The notes beneath the pieces were generated by a model. That model had not been told where the DNA came from. It saw nothing but the letters and a program-made list of their open reading frames with translations, and did no database searches. A stretch of DNA of 64,000 nt from the NCBI GenBank assembly GCA_963820525.1, contig CAWGAA010000003.1:384001-448000 (forward strand). Direction: 5' to 3'. Both the position numbers and the translations under genes were made by a program. Within the stretch, counting starts at the first letter, position 1, and every line of letters starts with the position of its first letter. Positions 29,005 to 38,620 of this stretch are shown here, in pieces. This DNA comes from an uncultured Spirochaetota bacterium. GTDB lineage: Bacteria > Spirochaetota > Spirochaetia > SZUA-6 > Fen-1364.

Positions 29005-29685
29005 ATGGCGAGTTTCTTGCAGACGTTAAAGCAATTTGTGTCCCCTGGTGGGATTGAGGGCTACTTTGCGGTCAAGTACGCCGAGTGGGCCAAGAACTCG
29101 GAGGTGGTGAGAGACGATTACAGGGAGTTGGCCGCCAAGGGCGCTTCCGCGGTGCAGCGTGGAAAGGTTCTCGAGGTCAGCTCGGGGCCCGGGTACATCT
29201 CCATCGAGATGGCCAGGCTTCTGCCGGAGATCGAGCTTGTGGGACTGGACATATCCGATACGATGGTCGAAATCGCGACGCGGAACGCGAGTGAGTACGG
29301 AGTATCGCAGCGGGTCACGTTCAGACAGGGAGATGCCGCGGACATGCCGTTCGAGGACTCCTCGTTCGACTTTGTCATATCCAGCGGTGCGCTTCATCAC
29401 TGGAAGAAGCCGCCGGAGATATTCAAAGAGATCCATCGCGTGCTGAAGCCGGGTTGCCGTGCCCTGGTCAATGACTTGCGGCGAGACGTCCCGGCAGAAA
29501 GCGTGAGGAAATGGACAAGCGGCATTGAATCGCGCTTCATGCGATGGGGAGCCAGACACTCATTCTCGGAAGCCTACACGGCTCGAGAGATCGAGAGCAT
29601 GCTGGAGGGTTCCACATTCGAGGACTTCAGAGTCAAGGTCAACGAGATTAATATGGAGATTTGGTTGAGAAAGCAGGGGGTGTGA
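29005..29685 (+). CDS. Class I SAM-dependent methyltransferase
   Basis: 'VLEVSSGPG', 'GLDIS', 'MPFEDSSFD', 'LHHW', 'VLKPG'. Confidence 0.9.
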   Translation: MASFLQTLKQFVSPGGIEGYFAVKYAEWAKNSEVVRDDYRELAAKGASAVQRGKVLEVSSGPGYISIEMARLLPEIELVGLDISDTMVEIATRNASEYGVSQRVTFRQGDAADMPFEDSSFDFVISSGALHHWKKPPEIFKEIHRVLKPGCRALVNDLRRDVPAESVRKWTSGIESRFMRWGARHSFSEAYTAREIESMLEGSTFEDFRVKVNEINMEIWLRKQGV

Positions 29686-29686
29686 G

Positions 29687-30376
29687 ATGGAAAGGATACC
29701 GGAAGACGAGGCGATTGCCGAACCGGTGGATGCCCGACGTTTCAACGAAGCGATGAGCGGCAACCTTTTCAGGCAGGCGGATTATCGTCGGTTGGCACGC
29801 AAGGCGGCGGGAATGAAAATCCCGCAGGGAGGAAAGGTGCTGGATATGGGCACCGGCCCGGGCTTTGTGGCCATCGAGACGGCCAGGTTGTTGCGGGGTA
29901 CGGGCTGCCGGGTCGTGGGGATGGATCTCTCCCGATCGATGCTGATGCTGGCAGCCGAAAACGCGGCGAAGGCGGGATTGAATGATGTATTGTCCTGGCG
30001 CGAGGGCGACGTCAAGGAGATGCCCTTCGGCGACGGCGAGTTCGACTGTGTCGTCTCGAACGACTCGCTGCACCATTGGGACGATCCGCTGCCGGTCTTT
30101 GACGAGATTGCGCGGGTGCTCAAGGATGATGGGCGGTGCATCATCCACGACTCGAAACGCCTGCAGCGCTGGGGGTCGTGGCTGTTCGTCAAGACCATCA
30201 GCCTGACAATCCCGCGCGATTTTCGCGTCCACTGGTGGAACTCGATCAAGTCGTCCTACACGGCGGATGAGCTGCGGGCAATCCTGGATAACTCGCGGCT
30301 GACGGGATGGCGGATCGAGGAGGATTTTATGGATTTGACGGTCGTCAAATCCTCCAATGACTCCCGGGAGGCGTGA
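29687..30376 (+). CDS. Class I SAM-dependent methyltransferase
   Basis: 'VLDMGTGPG', 'MPFGDGEFD', 'LHHW'. Confidence 0.9.
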   Translation: MERIPEDEAIAEPVDARRFNEAMSGNLFRQADYRRLARKAAGMKIPQGGKVLDMGTGPGFVAIETARLLRGTGCRVVGMDLSRSMLMLAAENAAKAGLNDVLSWREGDVKEMPFGDGEFDCVVSNDSLHHWDDPLPVFDEIARVLKDDGRCIIHDSKRLQRWGSWLFVKTISLTIPRDFRVHWWNSIKSSYTADELRAILDNSRLTGWRIEEDFMDLTVVKSSNDSREA

Positions 30377-30810
30377 TTGTGCCCAGGTTGGTCAAAGGGG
30401 CCAAGTGGACGTTCGGTTGGGTGGTCGTCGGACAGGGGAAAAAGGTCATCATCCCGCCGGAGGCGTGGCGCGAGTTCGGCTTTCGGGCCGGCGATGAGGC
30501 GATCTTTACACCGGGCAGCCGCACGTCCGGCGGGTTCGGCGTCAGCACGCAGGCGCTGCTGACCGAGGCCGGCGGGAAGATGGAGGGCGCGGATTTGCGT
30601 GTGATAGACCGCGATCGGTTTGGCGATGGATGGGTGATTGTGCAGCCAGAGGTGGGCGTGAAGCCCGGCCGAAGGTTGTTGACGGTGCGCGGAAGTCGCT
30701 ACGGGCTGGGGTTCGTCGCACAAGGACCGATCTATGAAGAGGCGCTGAAACACCCGGAGCTGGAAGTGTTTGGGCAAAGACGAATTAAAAGGAGTGAATA
30801 CGATGGGTGA
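30373..30810 (+). CDS. Hypothetical protein with AbrB/MazE-like swapped-hairpin features
   Basis: 'FGWVVVG..KVIIPPEA..EFGF..GD'. Confidence 0.55.
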   Translation: MIVPRLVKGAKWTFGWVVVGQGKKVIIPPEAWREFGFRAGDEAIFTPGSRTSGGFGVSTQALLTEAGGKMEGADLRVIDRDRFGDGWVIVQPEVGVKPGRRLLTVRGSRYGLGFVAQGPIYEEALKHPELEVFGQRRIKRSEYDG

Positions 30811-31603
30811 GAAGAACCGTCGACTGGTCATCGCTTTGGCGATCTCTGTGGCCTTCACGCTCCTGATGGGCGCGGCGAATGTGTTGAACTATATCGGCGA
30901 GCGAGATGGCTAACGGGAGACGCTGGAGCCTATTGCCGGGATGCTGATGGGGCTGCTGGCGTTCCCTGTCTTCTGCATCGGCCTGCCTGTGGCTGGCCCG
31001 ACGCTGGGGGCTGGAGTTCTCCTTCTGGCCCCGCGGCAAGCGCTGGTTGCCGGGAGTGGCCGTGATCGCGCTCTTCCTGGTGTTGTCGCAGCAGCAGTCG
31101 CTGGAGCAGATCGCGAGGTCAGGCATACAGCCGCTCGATTTCCCAGTTCATTTCGTGTCGTCCGCCTTGTTCCACGTTTCCTACTATCCGATTTTCGCCG
31201 TCTTCCTGATGCCCGTGATCCGCAGGAGGTTCGGGCTGGTGGCGAGTCTGGTGACGACGGCGACTCTCTTCGCCCTGTTCCACCTGGCGGGCTTTTACTA
31301 CTTCCCTGCGGGGGTGACGCTGCGCCTTCAAGTCCTGCTCTTTGCGTCGTTTCTCGTCAATCTGTTGTTGTATCTGTGGACGGAGAGCATCATCTTGGTG
31401 GCGCTGGTGCATGCGATCGGCGGCAGTGTGGGTTTGGCGGTCAATGGCACTCTCTTTAACCAGGTGGATGAAATGCTCGTCGTCACGGCGATCATCATGG
31501 CCGGGCTTTTGCCTACATGATCCTCTGCGAGCTGAGCCACCGCGGGAGGCCGTATCGGGCCGGATGGTGGCTGCAAACGCAGATCAAGGATCGGGCCGAG
31601 TAG
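30803..31603 (+). pseudogene. CPBP (CAAX/Abi)-like intramembrane protease pseudogene
   Basis: 'LFALFH', 'LYLWTESII..LVH'; in-frame TAA at 30911 plus frameshifts near 30987 and 31507. Confidence 0.7.
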
Positions 31604-31622
31604 TAATGGTGACGGCTCGGAT

Positions 31623-32384
31623 TCACTTTGTCCCGAAGATGATGCCGATTCTGCCGACCATGAACGGAAGCTTGAGCGCGCAGGGGATAAAGTCGGAAGC
31701 GCTCGTGTCCGCGAACGAAACATTGGCGGTTCCCCAGCCTCTGATCGTCTCCAGCAGATCGTCTATCCCGCCGTACAGCCCTTTGATCAGGAACAGATCC
31801 TGGAAAGCAAAGTGCCCGCCCTTGTTGATTACCCGCAGGGCTTCTTTGATGAGCTTTCGCTTGTCTTTGGCGCCGCTCACCTCGTGGAAAACAAAATTGC
31901 TGACCGCCGCCTCAAAGAAACCATCCTCGAAGGGCAGGGCAGAGGCGCTGGCTTTCTGAAAGTCCGTCCGCTCAGCGACGCCTGCGATCTCCGCGTTGTG
32001 TTCGCAGACCGCCTTCGAGTAGTCCCACGCCTTGCCCCAGGAGTCGATCCCGGTCACGTGGGCTTTGGGGTGCCGTCCGGCCAGGGCGATGGTCAGGGGG
32101 CCGTTGCCGCACCCGATGTCGAGGGCCCTGCCTTCGCCGTTCCAATTCAGGCGATCCAGCACCAGCTCCCAAAGCATAGCCTGGATATCCCCGCCGCGAG
32201 GGGAGAAGGCGCGGTAGGCATACACAAAGTAGGCGAGCGAGACAATGAATGGCGCTGCGCCGAGGAGGAAGGCCGGGTGCAGGAAAGATAGTCCCAAGAA
32301 TAGGGCGCTCATCACGGCTGAGCCGTAGATCAGTTTGGTGGATACCCAATTGCCATAATTTGTGACCGCGATTTGTTCAGACAT
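31623..32384 (-). CDS. Class I SAM methyltransferase with N-terminal membrane anchor
   Basis: 'NYGNWVS', TM segments, 'ALDIGCGNG', 'SNFVFHEV'. Confidence 0.9.
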   Translation of the reverse strand: MSEQIAVTNYGNWVSTKLIYGSAVMSALFLGLSFLHPAFLLGAAPFIVSLAYFVYAYRAFSPRGGDIQAMLWELVLDRLNWNGEGRALDIGCGNGPLTIALAGRHPKAHVTGIDSWGKAWDYSKAVCEHNAEIAGVAERTDFQKASASALPFEDGFFEAAVSNFVFHEVSGAKDKRKLIKEALRVINKGGHFAFQDLFLIKGLYGGIDDLLETIRGWGTANVSFADTSASDFIPCALKLPFMVGRIGIIFGTK

Positions 32385-32408
32385 GAGTGCCTCCTGAAGT
32401 GACCTGGA

Positions 32409-32544
32409 CTAGGAGCCTGTCGGACTTGCCTGCTTTTGTGTATGTTCATGCACAACAACCCGAGGAAACCTGCATAAACATACACCGGCGGCCTGTCTGC
32501 TGAATTTTTATGCAGGAAACGGCCAAAGTCCGACAGGCTCCTAG
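32409..32544. mobile_element. 128-bp MITE (non-autonomous IS derivative)
   Basis: Perfect 15-bp TIRs GAGCCTGTCGGACTT (32413-32427) and AAGTCCGACAGGCTC (32526-32540), flanked by CTAG on both sides; no transposase. Confidence 0.75.
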
Positions 32545-33425
32545 ATCCCTGCAATCACGATACAGTGTGTCCCGTTGATGCGTCCAAATCTCGTCCCATC
32601 TTCTGCCGTGAGATAAACTGCCTCCAGATCGGACGGCGTATAGTGCGAGAGAAGCTTGAGCCCGCGCTCGGCGAGAAAACCCTCGATTGCTCCTGCTTCG
32701 ATGCCGAACGTCCATCCCTCGCCCGTACGTGCAACGGTGTCATAGATCCCCTGCTCGCCGTAGAACCGGTTCTCGCGCCGGAGCACCGAGGCATAGATGT
32801 AGTCGAAGGCAACGATGCTCCCCTCCGCCGCACTGCCGCGAATGAAGGCCAGCGTGCCGTCCACCGCCTCCGGCTCCAGATACATCGTCACACCTTCCCA
32901 TAGGAAGAGCGTTTTTTGCTTCTCTTGGTATCCCACCTCCGATAGCACATCGGCGAGATGCTGCTTGCTAAAATCAATGGGCGCGAAGACGAGCATCTTG
33001 GGCAGTACGATTTTTTTACGCTTCAGCACCATGAGCTTGTAGCGCTGTGTGGCGTGGATATCCAGTTCGAATATCGTCGTGCCCTTGTTCCTGCTTTGAA
33101 AGCGCAGCGCCCGCGTGTCCATGCCGGCGCCGAGCAGCACTATCTGGGGAAAGCCGCGATCCAGCGCATCTGCAAAGACCTCGTCGAGCAGTTGCGTCCT
33201 CGCCATAACGTATTCGTATATGCCAGTCGGAAACATCTTGCGCATAGACCATTTTCGCAGGAAAGGGACGTTGAGCAGGATCTGGGGGATGAGTGGGGGA
33301 AATATCTCAGCCAGATAGTCAGGCCCACGAAAGCGTTCGTCCTTTTCCCTGACGGCACACGCCCGAGAAAAGCACGTGTATCCGGCTGTGCTCGATCCCT
33401 TGCGTTCGATCGTTCGTTCTGCCAT
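32541..33425 (-). CDS. SAM-dependent methyltransferase (LCM/TIGR00027-like)
   Basis: 'MARTQLLD', 'QIVLLGAGMDTRA', 'FELD', 'WEGVTMYL'. Confidence 0.9.
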   Translation of the reverse strand: MAERTIERKGSSTAGYTCFSRACAVREKDERFRGPDYLAEIFPPLIPQILLNVPFLRKWSMRKMFPTGIYEYVMARTQLLDEVFADALDRGFPQIVLLGAGMDTRALRFQSRNKGTTIFELDIHATQRYKLMVLKRKKIVLPKMLVFAPIDFSKQHLADVLSEVGYQEKQKTLFLWEGVTMYLEPEAVDGTLAFIRGSAAEGSIVAFDYIYASVLRRENRFYGEQGIYDTVARTGEGWTFGIEAGAIEGFLAERGLKLLSHYTPSDLEAVYLTAEDGTRFGRINGTHCIVIAGI

Positions 33426-33564
33426 GGTTCAAGCTCCTCTCTCGATGAGTTTGGACGGCCATCCATCTCTCAGTGTCGTTTTCATGACGGCTTTTCTCGA
33501 ACCAGGCCGACCAATCGGCTGCCAGGTGGCCGGTAACTCGGATGTCGTAGCGCTGCCGTTTCAT
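33422..33564 (-). pseudogene. Remnant of a small conserved protein (YxIRVxGHLxxxWSxWF family)
   Basis: 'MKRQRYDIRVTGHLAADWSAWFE' then loss of similarity; 3' boundary approximate. Confidence 0.5.
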
Positions 33565-33610
33565 CCCTGTGTCTCCTGCGGCGGGCCTGCACACTCTCAC
33601 CTCCGACAGA

Positions 33611-33760
33611 CTAAGGATAGCCGACGGAGGCGGAGATGAGGGTCCGCCGGTGGCCCAGAAGCAGCCCCTCGTCCAGCCGCTCGATCAGTCGGGGCCGCTC
33701 TACTAGGTTGGGGTGCGGCGGCGGGATGTAGAGTTTCGTGACCAGAAGGGGTGTATCCAT
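33611..33760 (-). pseudogene. N-terminal remnant of a MalT-like LuxR/ATPase regulator
   Basis: MDTPLLVTKLYIPPPHPNLVERPRLIERLDEGLLLGHRRTLISASVGYP*, truncated at Walker A. Confidence 0.75.
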
Positions 33761-34000
33761 CGCATCACAATCTTACCATGTTCGTGATAGGAAATACGAC
33801 GATTCCCCGGATTCGCCATCGACTGCGATGGCTCTTAGAGCTTAACACCCGCACTCGTATACTACACCATCAGCCCTGGTGCACTGGATACGGGTATTGG
33901 AGTCGAAACGGATCCCTCGCGATGGACAGATGCGGATCGAGGGAGCGTGGCAAAAAAAACCGCGATTGCCCGACGAACATGGAAATGATACGCTTGACCG

Positions 34001-35032
34001 GTGATCCTTAGCGAAAGGATTCTCATTTACGGAACCGGGGTGATCGGCAGCTTGTACGCGGTCCGCTTTTCTCGCGCGGGATTCGACGTGACCGTATTGG
34101 CGCGTGGAGACCGTTTGAACGCGATCCGCTCCGGCGGACTGCGGGTGAGGCACGTATTCCTGGGGGAGGAAGAACGGGCCGACGTCAGGTACGTGGATTC
34201 CCTCGATCAGGCGCGGGAGTACGATCTGGCGCTGGTCACCGTGCGCGCTCCGCAGATCATGAGAGCGTTATCGGACCTGGCGCGCTCTCCAAATCCCGCG
34301 CCGGTGGTCGTGATCGGCAACAACTTCCAGGGACACGCTGAACAGGCGGCGTGTATCGGACACGGACGGCTCGTGCTCGGCTTCGGATCTTTCGGCGGAT
34401 ACCGGGATGAGGGGGTCATCGTGTACCTGGACGGACGGACCCCCAAGCGTCCCGAGGCGGAGCGTCGGCGCGCGACCACCCTGGGGGTGACGTCACCGGA
34501 AGCGGAGCCTGCTCTATCGTACGCCATCGACTGTTTCAGGGCCGCGGGACTCCCGACGGCAAGAAATGCCGATATGGTGGCGTGGCTCAAGTGTCATGCC
34601 GCCCTTGTTTTCCCGCTTGCCGGCGCGATCTACGCGGCCGGGGGCGGGCAGGAATGCACCTGCCGCACCCGCGACGCGTTGGTGCTGGGCGTGCGGGCAT
34701 GTCACGAGCTTTTCCGCGCCCTGCGGAAGCTCGGAGTGGGGACGGAGCCGAGGAGCTTGAAGCTGTTCTTGGGAATGCCCGAGCCGCTCATCATCCGAAT
34801 GCTCGAGCGTGGACTGGCCGGCAGGAGCGCCGCGGTCGCCGTGTTCGGGCATGCGAATGCCGTGGGTGGACGCAGGGAGATAGCCGAACAGGCACTGGCG
34901 CTCGACGCGTTCGTCAGGGCCGCCGGGCTTCCGCTTGAGAGCTGGGACTGGCTGCTCCCCTACTTCGCCCCCGGCAATACCGTCCCTCCGATCGCGGACG
35001 GAAGCAGGGCTCTCCGGCTCCGCGTGTGGTGA
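34001..35032 (+). CDS. Ketopantoate reductase (PanE/ApbA)-family protein
   Basis: 'ILIYGTGVIGSLYA', 'VTVLARG', 'WLKCH'. Confidence 0.8.
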   Translation: MILSERILIYGTGVIGSLYAVRFSRAGFDVTVLARGDRLNAIRSGGLRVRHVFLGEEERADVRYVDSLDQAREYDLALVTVRAPQIMRALSDLARSPNPAPVVVIGNNFQGHAEQAACIGHGRLVLGFGSFGGYRDEGVIVYLDGRTPKRPEAERRRATTLGVTSPEAEPALSYAIDCFRAAGLPTARNADMVAWLKCHAALVFPLAGAIYAAGGGQECTCRTRDALVLGVRACHELFRALRKLGVGTEPRSLKLFLGMPEPLIIRMLERGLAGRSAAVAVFGHANAVGGRREIAEQALALDAFVRAAGLPLESWDWLLPYFAPGNTVPPIADGSRALRLRVW

Positions 35033-35115
35033 GGGAGCGCCGCAGCCCGGACCGCCCCTATCGGCTCGCTATTCCCGAAACGGCGGACCACACGAGCACC
35101 GTCCGCCTCCTGCCA

Positions 35116-35217
35116 AACCGCAATCCCTTCCGGGATGTCGTGAAGGGCGATGGCGACCGCGATGATGATGCCGAGGGCGAGATCCTGTATCGTGCCCACG
35201 AACGTGGTAATGCCTTC
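35116..35217 (-). pseudogene. Internal fragment of a ZupT/GufA (ZIP) transporter
   Basis: EGITTFVGTIQDLALGIIIAVAIALHDIPEGIAV with no flanking gene parts. Confidence 0.65.
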
Positions 35218-35354
35218 ATGCTCGGCGTGACTTTGAGGCGCCGCGCATTACTGCGGCCGAAGGATGGAGTCGGCCGCCCGCGGCGAGCGGGCTGTCAGGG
35301 GCCTATGGGGGAGCCGGCCGCCCGATTGAACGGGCGGCACAGCGCCTTTGAATC

Positions 35355-36719
35355 TCAGCCTACCTTGGGAAGGGCCAGCTCGGCCTTCATGATGGCCGCC
35401 TCGGGATACTCGTAGTCCTCCATCTTTCCGCTGAAGTACTGCTCGTAGGCAGCCATATCGAAGTGGCCGTGGCCGGAGAGGTTGAACAGGATCACCTTCT
35501 TTTCCCCCGTTTCCTTGCACTTCTTGGCCGCCCTGATCACCGATACGATGGCGTGGGCGGACTCGGGGGCGGGGATGATCCCTTCCGTGCGGGCAAAGAG
35601 CACGGCAGCCTCGAAGGTTTCCTTCTGCTTCAACGCTTCGGCCCGGATGATCCCCTTGGCGTTGAGAAGGCTCACGATGGGCGATGCCCCGTGGTAGCGC
35701 AGGCCTCCCGCGTGCACGGAGGGCGGGATGAAATCGTGCCCCAGGGTGTACATCTTGGCCAGGGGAATGAGCTTTCCCGCGTCCCCGAAGTCGTAGGCGT
35801 AGATTCCCCTGGAGAGCGACGGGCAGGCTAGGGGCTCGGATGCGATGAACTCGATATCCCTCTTGCCCGAAAGCTTGTCCTCGATGAAGGGGATGGCGAT
35901 GCCGCCGAAGTTGCTCCCGCCGCCGTGACAGGCGATCACGATGTCGGGCATCAGTCCCAGCTCTTCGAGCACGGCGCGCGCCTCCAGCCCTATCACCGTC
36001 TGGTGCATGAGCACGTGGTTGAGCACGGAGCCAAGGCAATATTTGACCTTGCCGCCTGAGGTGGCCGCTACCTCGACCGCCTCGCTGATGGCGATGCCCA
36101 GGGAGCCGGGGTAGTTGGCCTTGTTCTCCAGCATCTTCTTTCCAATGTTCGTTTCCTTGGATGGGCTGGGCGTCACCTTGGCGTTGTAGCATTCCATCAT
36201 GATCTTTCTGTACGGCTTCTGCTCGTAGGAGGCCCGGACCATGAAAACCTTAACGCCGACGTTGAAGTGGACGCCGGCAAAGGCCAGGGCGCTGCCCCAC
36301 TGCCCCGCCCCCGTCTCCGTCACGAGGTTCTTCACGCCCTCTTTCATGTTGTAGTAGGCCTGGGCGACGGCCGTGTTGGGCTTGTGGCTTCCCGTGGGCG
36401 TCACGCTCTCGTTCTTGAAGAAGATCATGGCGGGTGTTCCGAGGGCCTCCTCGAGGAACTTGGCCCTGATCAGGGGCGTGGGCCGGAAGAGAGAATACAC
36501 CTTGAGCACCTCGTCGGGGATCACTATCTCCCTCTGACTGGAGACCTCCTGCTCCAGCAGGCCCATGGGGAAAAGGGGCGTAAACGCCTCCAGCGGTACG
36601 GGCTTGCCGTCGGCCGGGTTGAGCATGGGCGGAAGCGGCTCGGGAAGGGAGGGAAGAATGTTGAGCCACTTCTTGGGGATCCCATGGGTTGGGAGTTGGA
36701 AGATCCTGTTGTCGGTCAT
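35355..36719 (-). CDS. trpB2: TrpB2 (tryptophan synthase beta-like PLP enzyme)
   Basis: 'TGSHKPNTA', 'TETGAGQWG', 'SLGIAISEA', 'HAGGLRYHG', 'PAPES', 'LSGHG'. Confidence 0.93.
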   Translation of the reverse strand: MTDNRIFQLPTHGIPKKWLNILPSLPEPLPPMLNPADGKPVPLEAFTPLFPMGLLEQEVSSQREIVIPDEVLKVYSLFRPTPLIRAKFLEEALGTPAMIFFKNESVTPTGSHKPNTAVAQAYYNMKEGVKNLVTETGAGQWGSALAFAGVHFNVGVKVFMVRASYEQKPYRKIMMECYNAKVTPSPSKETNIGKKMLENKANYPGSLGIAISEAVEVAATSGGKVKYCLGSVLNHVLMHQTVIGLEARAVLEELGLMPDIVIACHGGGSNFGGIAIPFIEDKLSGKRDIEFIASEPLACPSLSRGIYAYDFGDAGKLIPLAKMYTLGHDFIPPSVHAGGLRYHGASPIVSLLNAKGIIRAEALKQKETFEAAVLFARTEGIIPAPESAHAIVSVIRAAKKCKETGEKKVILFNLSGHGHFDMAAYEQYFSGKMEDYEYPEAAIMKAELALPKVG

Positions 36720-36816
36720 GGAAGACTCCTCTCTTTCTCTGTCTATGGCGCGCTCGCCGCGGCACTGCCGCGGGCGAAAGGCGCATGTCCGCCGCGCACC
36801 GCGCGGCGCTGAAAAT

Positions 36817-36905
36817 AAAAAAACCCGGGCTCATGCCCGGGTCTTCGCGCATAAAAAAACCGCGGGCGGTTTCGCTCTCCTTCGGGGAGGAAAACCGCCT
36901 GCGGT
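36817..36905 (-). terminator. Two tandem Rho-independent terminator hairpins of the trpB2 attenuator
   Basis: Minus strand: ACCGCAGGCGGTTT...AAACCGCCCGCGG+T7, then CCCGGGC-ATGA-GCCCGGG+T7. Confidence 0.8.
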
Positions 36906-36927
36906 CTCCTGATTCGGTGCTACAGCC

Positions 36928-36984
36928 TCAGGTGGACCGGGGTCTCCCTCCCGTGATCCACCACCACCAGTTGCGCGGCCGCAT
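36928..36984 (-). CDS. trpL: Trp attenuator leader peptide MRPRNWWWWITGGRPRST
   Basis: Four consecutive TGG codons upstream of terminators and trpB2; alternative in-frame GTG start at 37008; TTGACA at 37044-37039. Confidence 0.85.
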   Translation of the reverse strand: MRPRNWWWWITGGRPRST

Positions 36985-37027
36985 CTGCAAGAGGACTTTT
37001 CGTACCACGGAAAACAATGATGCATAT

Positions 37028-38430
37028 CTATTCATTCTTGTCAACTTTTTTTTCAGGCAGGGGCGCCGGCGCGAGGGGCCCGGAAGCGCCGCCACCGATG
37101 GAAAGCTCCGAGCCGGGATAGATGAGGTTGGGGTCCTGGATGCCGTTTCGTTTTTGCACCTTGTTCAGGAAATCGAACCAGCTGCCCTGCACGAGCCCTT
37201 CCACCTTGAGCGAGAGGTAGATTTTCCACAGGCTGTCGCCCGCCCTCACGGCATAGGAGAGCCCTTCGGCCTGGTTCCGGGGTTTTTCCTGGTTCTGCGC
37301 GGATGGAACGATCGAGGCCGAAGCATGCTGGAGGGCAGGGGTCCTGGCGGGCATGGGCCGGAGGAAGAGATAAAAGAGGACTGCCAGCGCGATGACGGCG
37401 AATGCGGCGCATCCAAGAAGCACTCCCCGCGGAATGCGAGGGCCTTTCCCTTCCGAAACCCGCCGGGAACGTTGCCCGCCGGCGGGCGAGCTTCTCACCG
37501 CGGGAGGCTGGATATGGAGCACGGGCGGCGGCCCGGCTTTCACGTGAGCGGCTCGTCTGGGGGTCTTTACGGGGGCTTCCTGCTTCACCGCGGCGCCGCT
37601 CCTCAGGACCGGAGCCCTGGCGCGGCGCACCGTCTTCACAACCTTCTGTTTTAGCTCCCGCTTCGAATCAAGCCCCTCTGGCGGACCGCTCGCCCGGGAC
37701 AGGGCTTCATCCGAGAAGTATTTGTCAAGGAAAAAGGAAGCTGAATCGCTGGTGATCCCTTTCCTGCCGGGACCGCTCTCCTCCCATTCCAGCGGATCAT
37801 CCGCCGCGCTTGCCGTCTTTCGAAGCTCGGCCCACAGTGCCCGATAGTCGGCCGACGGGACGCCTCGCCTTTTTACACGCGCTGCAAGGGAAGGCGAGCA
37901 ATATGAGAGAACGGAAAAAATGAGCTGGAAGTTCTCGTTGCTCAAGTCTTCGCGCAGCGAAAGCAGGTAGAGATGCAGAAGGACCGAGGGATTGGCGATC
38001 CTCTTGACCTCCTGCCCGATCTCCAGGCCTTTCTTCACAAGCACGCGCTTCTCCAGATACGTGTATTGCGTAATCTCGAAGAGAAGCGGTTGGGGGATGG
38101 GCACCTCCGCTTTGAAAAGGACCCCGAGACAAACTGGAACTGCGGGAGGCTCAAGCTGCCGGGGATGGTGCAGGTGAAGAACCGAAGAATACGCTGGGGC
38201 GGGGAGCCCATGAGGTGAAGGAGGCAGCCTACCAGGAGCGACGCCTCCGTGGACATCGGGGCACGCTCCATCATCTGTTCTCGGATCCTCTTTCGCGCGG
38301 CAGGGAAGAGCTCGGGCCGAAGCTCGACGGAAAGCGCTTTCCACGTGCCGGGGAGATCCAGCGGCGCGCCTCGAAAAGGGCTTTCGAGGAGGTCTCTCAG
38401 TCGACTTTGGAGCGTTCTTTCCCGGGGCAT
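37028..38430 (-). CDS. Single-pass membrane protein with C-terminal LysM domain; apparent frameshift near 38128
   Basis: ORF 38430-38035 (MPRERTL...QFQFV) joins the frame 'LGVLFKAEV...'; basic linker, TM helix, LysM 'YAVRAGDSLWKI...IQDPNLIYPGSEL'. Confidence 0.7.
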
Positions 38431-38620
38431 ACCGAAGCCATTCGCATCCGCTTGCGGCGGCGCCGCCTCTGGAGCGGAAATGTGCGTGAAAAATCGTAGC
38501 TGAGAGAGGGAAACGTGTCAAGGAAAACTTGTGCCGCCTGTCGCGGGTAATTTTTATTCATTTCAAGGCCGAGAATTATGCTGGGGGCACCGACCGGGAC
38601 CGCCCGCGAAAGGGAAACAT

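Noticed and set aside
36831..37025. 64-aa ORF upstream of trpB2
   Set aside because: Wrong frame; the WWWW leader in another frame explains the region
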